64,000 nt of DNA, from positions 24,862,001 through 24,926,000 of the forward strand of contig OZ024755.1 in NCBI GenBank assembly GCA_964016885.1, given 5' to 3'. Of this stretch, positions 1 through 10,219 are shown piece by piece. The notes under the pieces were generated by a model. The model did no database searches, had not been told where the DNA came from, and saw only the letters and a list, made by a program, of their open reading frames with translations. The DNA comes from Eledone cirrhosa. Lineage: Eukaryota. Positions within the stretch are counted from its first letter, which is position 1, and each line of letters begins with the position of its first letter. The translations under genes and the position numbers were made by a program.

Positions 1-190
1 GAATTTTTTTTAGATATCATTATCGTAATCAAAGATTAACTGTTGATCAGTGTTAACTAGATCGATATCACTTTAACCTACGTTACAGAACCATTTACAT
101 TCTTAGTTTCTTACGATTCTTTGTTCCTTTTCAACACTTAACTGTTGGTCGGTGTTAACTAGATTGATATCACTTTAACCTACGTAACAT

Positions 191-1361
191 CATCATCATC
201 ACCATCATCACCATTTTACTCCGTTTATCCATGCTAGCATGGGTTAGACGGGTTGTCCTGTTGTGGGCAGTGTCTGGTCGGCTGACCATGCCTTGCTCAT
301 ACAGGAACTGATTGTGGCTTGATTTCTACAGCTGGATGCCCTTCCTAACACCAACCTCATTTACAGTGAGTGCTGGGTGCTTTTTTTCCATGACACCTCC
401 ACGACCACCTTGCAGTGGGAGGGTGTGGGGGCATATTGTCTATATGCTTCAGCTTGTACCCATGGGAGGTCGGATACTCTGTATTACTGCATGACGCCAG
501 AGGTCACGGTCGTGTGTCATCGCCTTTGAGAGGTGTAATTGGGTATGGTCGGCTTTTATCACCTCATCCCAGGTCTTCTTGGGTCTCCCCACTCCGCGGT
601 TTCCATCGACTTCTAGTGCTCTGCACCTTTTTATGCAGCTGTCATCCTTCATACGCATCACATGTCCATACCAACGCATCCGCCTCTCCTGCACACAACA
701 TTTGATTCCTCTTATGCTCAGTCTCTCTCTCAATTCATTTATGCTTTGTCGTTCGCGTATATTACTATTACACATCCATCGGAGCATGCAGGCTTCGTTT
801 CTCTCTAATCTACGTAAGTCTTCCACCTTCAGCGCCCAGGTCTAACTACCATGTAACATTGCTGTTCGGATACACGCATCATACAGTCTGCCTTTCATTT
901 TGGGGGAGAAGCCTTTTGCAGCTAGCAGTGGCAGTAGCTCCCTGAACTTCTTCCATCCCGTTCTTACCCTAGTCATTGTACTTTCTGAACACCCACCTCC
1001 GCTGCTAATTCGGTCACTAGGTAGCAGAAGCTGTCTACTGTTTCTACAGAGCCCTCCCAGAGATTGGTGGTACTTGTTTCCTGTTTGCTGCTTGCTGTCC
1101 CAGCACAGCTGCTGCATGTGAAGCCTACATTCTTAATTAAGCTTCCTGAGATCTCGCTACATCTCTTGTGTACCAATTGTTTGCATTTGGGGCAGAGAAT
1201 GGAGTTCCTACCTACACCTTTCCTACATACTGAGCAAGGCCATTTCCCTGAGGGGATCTGGGTTCTGTTTTCTTGTCCTTACAAGGTCCTTAGTCTTTGT
1301 CATGTTGACTTTGAGACCCTTTCTTTCTAGTCCCTGCTTCCAAGTTTGGAATTTCTTCTCT
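191..1361 (-). mobile_element. 5'-truncated, frameshifted RTE-clade LINE (Cys-rich region, RT C-terminus, 3' UTR, (ATG)n-like tail)
   Basis: Minus-strand peptides PCSVCRKGVGRNSILCPKCKQLVHKRCS, WKKFRELLPLL..LYDACIRTAMLHGS and RMRWYGHVMRM..RGVGRPKKTWDEVI. (cat)n tail at 188-213. 7-bp TSD GTAACAT at 184-190 and 1362-1368. The empty site is visible in the paralogous copy near 7285-7305. Confidence 0.92.
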
Positions 1362-1430
1362 GTAACATAGAACCATTTACATTCTTAGTTTCTTCATTTA
1401 CTTTCTTTGTTCCTTTTCAACACTTCATTA

Positions 1431-1705
1431 ACATTCTTAGTTTCCTCTAATTAAATGTATATATAATTATTTCTACATTTGGCACAAGGCCAGCAAATAA
1501 CCTAGTAGATTACTGGTACCTTATTTTATCGACCCCGTAAGGGTGAAAGGCAAAGTTAACCTCGATCTCAGTTCAAATCCCGTCGAGATTAACTTTGCCT
1601 TTCATCCTTACGGGGTGGATAAAATAATGTACTGGATAATTGCTGGCCTTGTGCCAAAAGTAGAAACTACTATAAATACATTTAAATAGAGGAAACTAAG
1701 AATGT
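1431..1705. repeat. Fold-back palindrome of two head-to-head SINE 3' halves plus flank
   Basis: Arms acattcttagtttcctcta..ggcacaaggccagcaa..atcgaccccgtaagg and ccttacggggtggata..ttgctggccttgtgcc..tagaggaaactaagaatgt. Confidence 0.85.
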
Positions 1706-2077
1706 ATATATAATAAAAGACAAAATTGGATGAATTTTATCAAGTTTAATATTCTTTTTATTGATAACGTATGTTCATTTCTTTTTACAGATGTCCAGCC
1801 TTCAAGTTCATATCCTGTGCTGTCTGCCGTATCAAGAAATTTTCATTTTATTTTATTTTGACAAAAATGAATAAAGAAAGTTTACATATTATATACGAAT
1901 TATGTTAATTTTACTTTAACAAAAATGAATAAAGAAATCAAGTCCACAAGAAACTGAGTAAGACGTACTAAAAAGAACGTAAGTGTATGAAGTTTCTAAA
2001 TAAAGAAACTAAAAGAAACTAAAAATGTCTTTGAAAATGTCGAAAAAAAAACCTATATGAAACGGGACGCCATTTTG

Positions 2078-2180
2078 TTTTTTTTTTATTTCTCCACTTT
2101 AGAGGCATCAGATACTCATGCATGGTTAAAGGCATGGAGCGAGGAACTGATGCCTCTAAAGTGGAGAAATAAAAAAAAAA
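2078..2180. other. Perfect 34-bp stem hairpin with 35-nt loop
   Basis: 2078-2111 (t10-atttctccactttagaggcatcag) is the exact reverse complement of 2147-2180. A shortened version lies at ~8060-8105. Confidence 0.85.
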
Positions 2181-2473
2181 ATTAACGGGGGGCCCCCTCT
2201 GTAATGGAAATTTAAAAAAAAATTTTGAATAGTTGCTTCCCTTACTTTTTACAAAGAGAAGTCATTAGAAGCCATTTATTAGGCTAATTTTTTTCATTGT
2301 CAAAGTAACAACCCAACTTGTATACAATATGTAGAATTTTTTATATTTTTTCTCCTAAATAATCACAACTCGTAAATAATGTGCAAAGATTATTTTATTA
2401 ACAAAATCTTTTTTCATACAATTTGTAAATAATATGTAAACATTTTTTTTATTAACAGACACTTCATCACTAT

Positions 2474-2747
2474 TCAGGAAACTTCGACTTGTAAAATCTT
2501 TCCCTCAGTGGTTACAGCAAACAACAGAGCAGGTTGACCGAGAAGGCCGGACATCTGTAAGAAAAATGAAATAAGAAAAACTATGAAAATCAACATACGT
2601 TGTCAATAAAAAAAATGTTAAACTTCATCAAATTCTTCCAGTTTTGTCTTATATTATGTACATAAATATAAAGATATATATTTAAATACTTACGTTGCCA
2701 TTTAAACAACGGTGTGATCTGTCGGTTGTGAAGTTACGGATTTTCAT
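2474..2747 (-). CDS. Putative two-exon micro-ORF, 44 aa (MKIRNFTTDRSHRCLNGN|MSGLLGQPALLFAVTTEGKILQVEVS)
   Basis: ATG at 2747-2745. Donor AAC|gtaagt at 2693. Pyrimidine-rich acceptor tttttcttacag at 2555. In-frame TGA at 2476-2474. AATAAA about 20 nt downstream and a TA tract about 45 nt upstream. No homology recognised. Confidence 0.25.
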
Positions 2748-3377
2748 AAACAAAAACCAAATGAATATGACCTCGGATTATTTTTATTGATATATATATA
2801 GCGAATCGAATGGTTGGTTGTGTTGTGGCGTTGATTCATTTAGTGTGTGTGTGCTCACTTGTAGATTGCTGAGTGTTGTTGTCACTATTGTGGGAGTGTA
2901 GGCTAGAGAAATTCGATGTGCCTGATATAGTGTGGCCAGAGATTACGTGTGTGCAAGTAAGTATCAGTGTTAATTAAGATGATGATGATCACGTAGGAAA
3001 TGAAATATATATATATATATACAGTGTGACCAGAGATTGCGGGGTGTATGTAAATAACAGTGTTCATTAAGATGAAATGTATGTTTTTGAAAGTGTCAAA
3101 AATAAATGAAATGCGTGTTCATTATCATGATGATATGTTGGTTCCTTGATCACACGGGAAATGAAATATATAAAACAAATGACGATATCACAAAGCCGGT
3201 ATGTTACTAATTTATTAAATATAATTTACACCGAAGTTATATGAAAATACACGAGGAAGAAAGAAATAAACATCGATGAATCGTGTGACGTTTTTTGTTA
3301 AGATGTCTTTCTAAAAGTATTATTAAAGTTGTATTTACTATATTTCTGTTGATGTAAAGAACTTCGGTCGAAAGAGA

Positions 3378-4770
3378 GAGTAGGACCCAAAGAGTCTGTA
3401 CTTTTTAAATCTGTATTGGTATCCCCTCCTATGGGAAGAGACGAAGAGGATGTCATGTCCCAAGATGAACTAGTGCCAGACAAAAAAAATCTATGTTAAA
3501 CTTTATTTCATTAAATTGTGTGCATCACAAACACATGCATATATATATATAGACAAGATCCAATAGTTCATTCGTTTAACGAGTGGGGTAGAGCTCGTCA
3601 AATCGAACCGAGGAAACAATGTTTCCATTGCTCTTTTCAATTGCTAATACTATCTGTCGCAAATTTAGACAAGGAGCAGCGTGAAACAAAGTGTATATAT
3701 ATCTTTTGTAATATCACCAATCTGACGAGCAGATCGATACTGGAGTCGGGTCCATAACATCCTATGCGTCACCTTCAGCCAATCATCTGTGAAACGCGCG
3801 TACCAGGTCGATATGTAATAAATATTTTTCATATGTAAACGAAACTTGCTCGTTTTTTTCTATTATATATATATACTGAAATATGTAGGGAGGTGTTGTA
3901 TTATATTAGAAATACATTAACACGGGAGAAGGGTTGCAATAGCTAAACAAAACTATCGTTTAATTATGTCTCACGACGTGGGAGTTTTAAGTCTAATCTG
4001 TCTCACACGACTCCCAAACGAGAGACATGATAATCAAAAGGGAAATAAAAATACAAAGTTAGTTGGAATAAAATAAAGATATACATTACCTTCGTAAAAA
4101 TGGTAAAAATCCAAGATTTTAACGTTTATTTTTTCTACAGGTTGGAAAGCATGTTTAAAAGTTAAGCAGAGAGAAGGAGAGAGTGAGACCCAAAGGGTCT
4201 GTTCCGTGTAAATCTGTATTGGTACCCCGCCTCCCAAGATTGTAGATGAAGTGTCTAAATAAGAAACTATATCTATTTATTTGTCTGCCTGTCTATCTCA
4301 CACGACTACCCCAAATGCGATTCATCAGGTCCTGTATTGACACCCACTCCTGTGAAAAGAGATGAAAAGGACGAACCAAAGCTTCTGTATTGATACCCCT
4401 TCATATGGAAAGAAACGAAGAGGATGTCCCAAGATGAACTGGCAACAGATAATCGACAGGGACCTGAAACCCGTCAACAAAACAGAAGTTGGAACGATGT
4501 ATTGATAGATGTAATTGACCATGGTGGTCGCTGGAGCACTTTGGTTGCCTCATGTGTCTCAAGATGAGGGAGTTTCTAAGTCTAATCTATCTGTAGGCCT
4601 GCCTGTCCGTCAATCTATCTCACATGACTTCCAAGTGAAAGACATGTTAATCAGGTCCTGTATTGGTACCTACCCCCATGGAAAGAAACGAAGAGGACCT
4701 CACAAGATGATCTGGCGCCAGATAATCGACAGAGACCTGAAACCTCTCAACAAAAGTGTGAACGATATAT
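3378..4770 (+). mobile_element. Cluster of decayed, locally duplicated RTE LINE 3'-end fragments
   Basis: Repeated ctgtattggtacccc..gaaacgaagagga..caagatga at ~3410, 4215, 4385 and 4660. Translates to HGKKRRGPHKMIWRQIIDRDLK-like RTE C-terminus. ctaagtctaa tail at 4576-4586. Confidence 0.7.
3716..3808 (+). ncRNA. Type-I hammerhead ribozyme motif, stem I partly decayed (PLE pLTR remnant)
   Basis: CUGACGA 3722-3728; stem II GCAGAU/AUCUGU; GAAAC-GCGC-GUA 3791-3802. Related partial copies at ~26335-26395 (-) and ~57280-57365 (+). Confidence 0.65.
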
Positions 4771-5185
4771 ATAACTACTGTGTTATAATGTATATATACA
4801 CTCTACTATAATGTATGTATATATATACATATACACTATTATAGTGTATATATAAACTGTACTATAATATATACAGGAGTTGCGATCGGTAGATAATATC
4901 AGCAATAGAAAGACTAATGGAAACATTGTTTCCTCGGTCCAATTTGACGAGCTTCACCCCACTCGACAAGCGAATGAGGTCCGGGCCCTTGTTGATCGAT
5001 CAGAGAAAGACATACAATTGAATTACGTCTGTAGATCATTATATTTTGGGGAAATGCTGTGCATTATAATAAATATTGCCTGTACAGGTAATGAAAGTAT
5101 GTATACATTTTTCTGGGACATCACGTATATATATGTATATATATGCAGGGTAATCACAAAAACACTCACTGCAAAGAGTCCGGAG

Positions 5186-5262
5186 TTAGCTTTGCCTTTC
5201 ATCCTTACGGAGTCGATAAAATAAAGGGATAATTGCTGTCCGTGTGCCAAGAGTAGAAACAA
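5186..5262 (+). mobile_element. SINE 3' fragment (dominant family)
   Basis: ctttgcctttcatccttacggagtcgataaaataaag..gtgccaagagtagaaac. Confidence 0.8.
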
Positions 5263-5894
5263 TTATTGCATTGATTTTTGCCGACCAACAAAAGAGGTAG
5301 ACATCGAGTGTCTGTGATATCAACCACTACCACATGTGATATCAACCAATACCACATGAAACTTTGTTAGTTTATGCAACTGTAGCCACCAATATTGTAA
5401 GAATATTCATTTAAGTTTTCATATTATAAGTATTTGAAATCGAGGAGTGTTTTTGTGGTCGCCCTGTATATACGTGAGGAGGGTTAGCAATAGCTAAACA
5501 AAACTATCGTTTAATTAGTTATTGGTGACATTATGGAGGGAAATAAATATACAATATTTCAATAAAAGGCTTCAATATAAAATAAAAATTTACTTTACCT
5601 TCGTAAAAATGGTAAAAATCCAAGTTTTTAACGTTTATTTTTTCTACAGGTTGGAAAATGCGCCTAAAATTTAAGCAGCCATTTCTTTCTGAAATATTTA
5701 CAACAATCGCGCATGCGCACAAAATTAAACGTCAGTACGCATGTGCATAGAATTTTTCAACATGAACGTATCCACACCTATAAAAACCGAAAATAAGTGT
5801 AAAAGTGTAGAAGTCGATGGAAACCGCGGTGTGGGGAGACACTTGACAATGAAACCTGATGATAAACTTAGAACAAACTTTATATATCTATACA

Positions 5895-6385
5895 TACTAA
5901 TATTTTAGTTTACAGCAACATGTATATTAACTTACATATTAATTGTTCGGCATATATCTACTAAATACTAGTAGTTTTTAAATAAATGTATGTATAGAAA
6001 CGGAATGAGAGTAAGGTAACACACGGAACACACGGAATATATTTTGAGGCGTGTTCTCTAGCTTTCGTTCCGCTTCTATATTTTAAAAAAACAAACAAAC
6101 AAAATTTTAGCTATAAGTATGACTAATTTACTAGGAATTATTGCAGCGCCGCGTGGCGACACTCGTAGCGGTTCGGATTTCGTCGCCTACTTATGTACGG
6201 CGTGACCATTCTATGTGTCGGAAGATCGAATCAAGGGCACGCAGCTTCAGCAGCCGGAGCTATATACTGGACTGCTCAAGCAATAATTTTTGCTCTTCCT
6301 TTATTTAGAGTTACCTCCTCTTTATGGAACTCTTCTCTTTTTTTATTGACTTCCGGTTCTTTGAAAAAAATTCATTTTGGATATT
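5895..6385 (+). repeat. Left arm of a diverged ~480-bp inverted repeat (partner 8335-8810)
   Basis: Colinear blocks match the reverse complement of 8335-8810: aattgttc, tatagaaacggaatgag, tattttgag-cgtgtt, aaaatttta-ctataagtatgactaatttact, tatgtgtcg-aag-tcgaatc, ttgactt-cgg. Confidence 0.85.
6119..6290 (+). pseudogene. Frameshifted copy of the small RGD-containing ORF (MTNLLGIIAAPRGDTRSGSDFVAYL / MCRKIESRARSFSSR / AIYWTA)
   Basis: ATG at 6119; premature TGA at 6203-6205 inside an insertion. Homology to 8415-8621 continues in shifted frames. Confidence 0.5.
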
Positions 6386-6999
6386 ACTTTCCTCATGTAT
6401 GGAGGTATGTTATGTTTTCTTTGCTCTATACTCAAACTATCTTACATTTTATTAAATACACACTTTATGTCAATAACTCTCACACTTTGGATATTGTGTT
6501 CATGTGAAGAGGTATTTTATGTGGCTTTCTGGAACATCTTCACCCTCTCGACACATGCTTTCTTTTAAATAAATAAAAGAAATACACATACAAATAGTGT
6601 TACCTCTTCTAAGAAACTAAACTAAGTCATCTTGACACTATATACATACTTTCTAAGAAATATAACTCAAATTTCTCTCTATGAACATCATTCTGTAGAT
6701 CTTTCTTTATTGAAAACATTGTAAACCTTGTCAACACTAGCAGATATTCTTGAGACACAAAAATAGGTTTTACTATCTTCTCTTTTTGCTAAATACTGTC
6801 TACTAAGAAAAATATATAAACCTTCCCTATAAAGGAATATACCTTTCCTTCTAAGAAACCTCTATATACAGCTACATTTTTATTATCTTTATTTCTTTCA
6901 CACCCAATGAAGCATGGCAGCTTCATTTCTCGCACACATGTATTCTCTTGTACGTAGAAAGAAACCTTTTGTTGTCCAACTAATTGCTACTGTGTGATT

Positions 7000-7085
7000 T
7001 GGAGCAACGTGAAATAAAGTGTCTTGCTCAAGAACACAACGCAAAGTCCGGTCTGAGAATCGAACTCACGATTGTGAAGCCCGGC
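7000..7085 (-). mobile_element. tRNA-derived SINE fragment (second family)
   Basis: ggagcaacgtgaaataaagtgtcttgctcaagaacacaacg..gaatcgaactcac (B-box-like gttcgattc on minus). Similar copies at 51372-51490 and 45880-46000. Confidence 0.75.
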
Positions 7086-7101
7086 GACTTAAGTTTTGAA
7101 C

Positions 7102-8108
7102 GAATTTTTTTTAGATATCATTATCGTAATCAAAGATTAACTGTTGATCAGTGTTAACTAGATCGATATCACTTTAACCCACGTAACATAGAACCATTTA
7201 CATTCTTAGTTTCTTCTTACGATTCTTTGTTCCTTTTCAACACTTAACTGTTGATCAGTGTTAACTAGATCGATATCACTTTAACACACGTAACATGGAA
7301 CCATTTACATAATTAGGAAACTTCATTTGTTCCTTTTTTCGTCATTTACATTCCTAAAAAACAAAGAAAGTTTCTTTTTTTATGCACTTCATATACATTC
7401 CTAGTTTCCTCTATTTAAATGTATATATAATTGTTTCTATATTTGGCATAAGGCCAACAATTACCCAGTACATTACTGGCACTTTATTTTATCGATCCCG
7501 TAAGGATGAAATGCAAAGTTAACCTCGATGTCAACTTTGCCTTTCATCCTTACGGGGTCGATAAAATAAAGTGCCAGTAATTGCTGGCGTTGTGCCAAAT
7601 GTAGAAACAATTATATATACATTTAAATAGAGGAAATTAAAAATGTATATATAATAAGACAAAATTGGATGAATTTTATCAAGTTTAATATTCTTTTTAT
7701 TGATAACGTATGTTCATTTCTTTTTACAGATGTCCAGCCTTCAAGTTCATATCCTGTGTTGTTTGGCGTAGTTTCTGTTAATAAAGAACATTTTCATTTT
7801 ATTTTGACAAAAATGAATAAAGAAAGTTTACATATTATATACGAATTGTGTTAATTTTATTTTGGCAAAAATGAATAAAGGAAGTTTACATATTATATAC
7901 GTATTGTGTTCTTGACAAAAATGAATCAAGAGTCTACAAGAAACTGAGTAAAACGTACTGTAAAGAACGCAAGTGTATATGAAGTTTCTAAATAAAGAAG
8001 ATAATGTTTTTTTTTAAATGTCGAAAAAAAAATCTATATGGAAGGGGGCGCCATTTTGGTTTTATTTCTCCACTTTAGCGACATCAGTTCCTCGCTAAAG
8101 TGGAAAAA
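7102..8108 (+). repeat. Copy B of the local duplication, without the RTE; contains SINE palindrome 7391-7650
   Basis: Direct alignment with 1-190 plus 1362-2180. Confidence 0.9.
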
Positions 8109-8414
8109 AGGAAGCTAACTCTTTCTAAGTAAGAATTGTCTCCCTTGAACGGTGTCTTAAAAAAGAAACTAAGAATCTAGATGAAGTGTCTAAAAAAAAA
8201 AAGAATCTAATTGAAGTGTCTAAAAAGAAAAGTCGAAAAAAAATTCTATATGAAATGTGTGTTTTTGAAAAGTCGAAAAAAAAATCTATATGAAATGTGT
8301 GTATGGAGAGAAGGTTTAGTTTCTTATATTAGTCCCCGTATCCAAGATAGTTTTCTTTCAAACATCCGTAAGTCAATTGAAAAAAAAACAGAGTTAAATA
8401 AAGGAAGATAACTC

Positions 8415-8621
8415 TCAGATTTTTGAGCAAAAGGGGGTAAGACGGATTCTTCGCGTGGTCCAGGACGCAGGCCAGCATATAGCCAGCCTGCAAACATCCC
8501 AGCCGCCGTAGCCACGTGCACGCCACAACGATTCGAACTTGCGACACATACGTACGTAGCCGACGAAGTCCGAGCTGCGCGCATCGCCACGCCAAGCCGC
8601 AATTCTAAGTAAATTAGTCAT
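8415..8621 (-). CDS. Small 68-aa Arg/Trp/Cys-rich ORF of unknown function (MTNLLRIAAWRGDARSSDFVGYVRMCRKFESLWRARGYGGWDVCRLAICWPASWTTRRIRLTPFCSKI)
   Basis: ATG context (ctataagtATG) is shared with the paralog at 6119. Many synonymous differences and 3-nt indels between the copies. CpG-rich islet in AT-rich DNA. Confidence 0.45.
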   Translation of the reverse strand: MTNLLRIAAWRGDARSSDFVGYVRMCRKFESLWRARGYGGWDVCRLAICWPASWTTRRIRLTPFCSKI

Positions 8622-8660
8622 ACTTATAGGTAAAATTTTATTTACTTTTTTTTTTTTTAA

Positions 8661-8735
8661 ATATAGAAACGGAAAGGGAGATAACACGTCTCAAAATATA
8701 GTCCTTGTGTTATCTCACTCATTCCGTTTCTATAT
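8661..8735. other. ~75-nt hairpin upstream of the small ORF; paralog at 5993-6080
   Basis: atatagaaacggaa..gagataacac-[19-nt loop]-gtgttatctc..ttccgtttctatat. Confidence 0.75.
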
Positions 8736-8849
8736 ATAAAAACATTTTGAATGTATATACGGAACAATTTTATGGAAATAAATATACTTATGTCAAGCTG
8801 GTAACATATATATTACCTCCGTTTAGACGGCAGTCCAGCAACATTATTG

Positions 8850-9617
8850 ACTTGCTTCTTTCGCCCTCTTACCTGATACTGACCAGCTTTAGTTGGCCGT
8901 AAGACATGCTATGGGACGTATACGCTATAAAACTGCTTCTTTGGCCATAGGAGATACTATGTGAAGTATATGCTTCTCTCGCCCTCTAAGCTTGTAGTGA
9001 CTAGGGTTCAGCTGGCCGTAGGAAATACTATGGGAAGTATGCATTCTAAAACTGCTTCTTTCAGCCTCTAACCTGACACTGACCAGAGATTATCGTACGA
9101 GGGTTTAGCTGGCTGTAGAGGTTCCTACGAGATGTTTACACCCTCTAAACAAGCACTGATCATGGTTTAGCTGGCTGTAGAGGATCCCACGAGAAGTATA
9201 CGGCCTTAAACTGCTTATTTCACCATCTAACCTGGCATTGACCAAGGTTTAGCTGGCCGTAGAGGATCGTACGAGATGTTTACGCCCTTAAAGTGCATCA
9301 ATCGCCCTCTCATCTGGAATTCACCAACTGTGGAGGAGGGTGGTTTTAGTGACCAGGGTTTAGCTGGCTGTAGAGGATCCTACGAGATGTTTACGCCCTC
9401 TAAGTAGGCACTGATTATCGTTTAGCTGGCTGTAGAGGATCGTACGAGATGTTTACGCCTTTAAAGTGCTCATGTCCCTCTCCAACCTGGCATTGACCAA
9501 GAGGATCCTAAGAGAAGTAGCTGGCCGTAGAGGTTCTCACGAGAAGTATACGTCGTTAAACTGCTTCAATCACCCTTTCACCTGGAATTGACTAACTATG
9601 GAGGAGGGTGGTTTTGG
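8850..9617 (+). repeat. Degenerate GC-balanced tandem array (~9 cores) with a ~255-bp higher-order duplication
   Basis: Core tttagctggc(c/t)gtagaggatcctacgaga at 8891, ~8940, 9010, 9107, 9169, 9251, 9362, 9424 and 9519. Both higher-order units end in aact(g/a)tggaggagggtggtttt. Confidence 0.9.
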
Positions 9618-9748
9618 TGTGCCATGTAGGTATACTTCAATGGTTCTAACTGCTTACTAGGAGTGGCAGATTGACAATCAACTGCACACACATGTAAAGT
9701 GGAACAGACATAAGCAATGACATGTCTTTAACCTGGATTGTTTTGGAA

Positions 9749-9799
<51 letters not shown>

Positions 9800-9861
9800 A
9801 AAATGAGGTTTTTTTAAATGAAAATAAAAACGAGATATCCTACACGAGTGAAAGTATAAAT

Positions 9862-10114
9862 AAAAGAAATCGAAAATGCAACGAGTCTTTTTAAGAATAT
9901 TTATTTGTTTCCTTTTACCGGTTTCACAGTTCTTATGCTCTTCAAAAGTAGAATTGAGATGGAGGGCTTGTGGTTTTTCTCGCATCAGATGCTAGAAAAA
10001 TCACAAACCCTCCATCTCAATTCTACTTTTGAAAAGCATAAGAACTGTGAAACCGGTAAAAGGAAACAAATAAATATTCTTAAAAAGACTCCAGTTGCAT
10101 TTTCGATTTCTTTT
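9862..10114. mobile_element. Near-perfect ~250-bp palindrome in (TA)n; inverted PLE pLTR with a hammerhead motif in each arm
   Basis: Centre gcatcagatgc at ~9982-9992. Right arm UUGAAAA-gca..ugu-GAAAC-CG-GUA at 10029-10058; mirror copy at 9912-9948. Single-arm copy at 51134-51243. Confidence 0.8.
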
Positions 10115-10115
10115 C

Positions 10116-10157
<42 letters not shown>

Positions 10158-10219
10158 TTTTTACAAATCGTTCTTCATAACCTCTCTTTAACAGTAGTTT
10201 CTTTAAGTTGTTTATTACA

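Larger units (their letters stand above)
1..2180 (+). repeat. Copy A of a ~1-kb local duplication (interrupted by the RTE); copy B at 7102-8108
   Basis: gaattttttttagatatcattatcgtaatcaaagattaactg starts at both 1 and 7102. Shared SINE palindrome, tttacagATGTCCAGCCTTCAAG segment and ctccactttag hairpin. Confidence 0.9.

Noticed and set aside
4938-4985. UUGACGA-gctt..aagc-GAAU hammerhead-like motif (family also at ~3570-3665 and ~51285-51362)
   Set aside because: Lacks GAAA and a consistent NUH/stem I; not counted, though the repeat family itself is real.
8850-9617. CRISPR-like or coding-repeat interpretation (GLAGCRGSYEMFTP)
   Set aside because: Linkers are homologous to one another, spacings are irregular and mostly not multiples of 3, there are no cas genes, and the context is eukaryotic.
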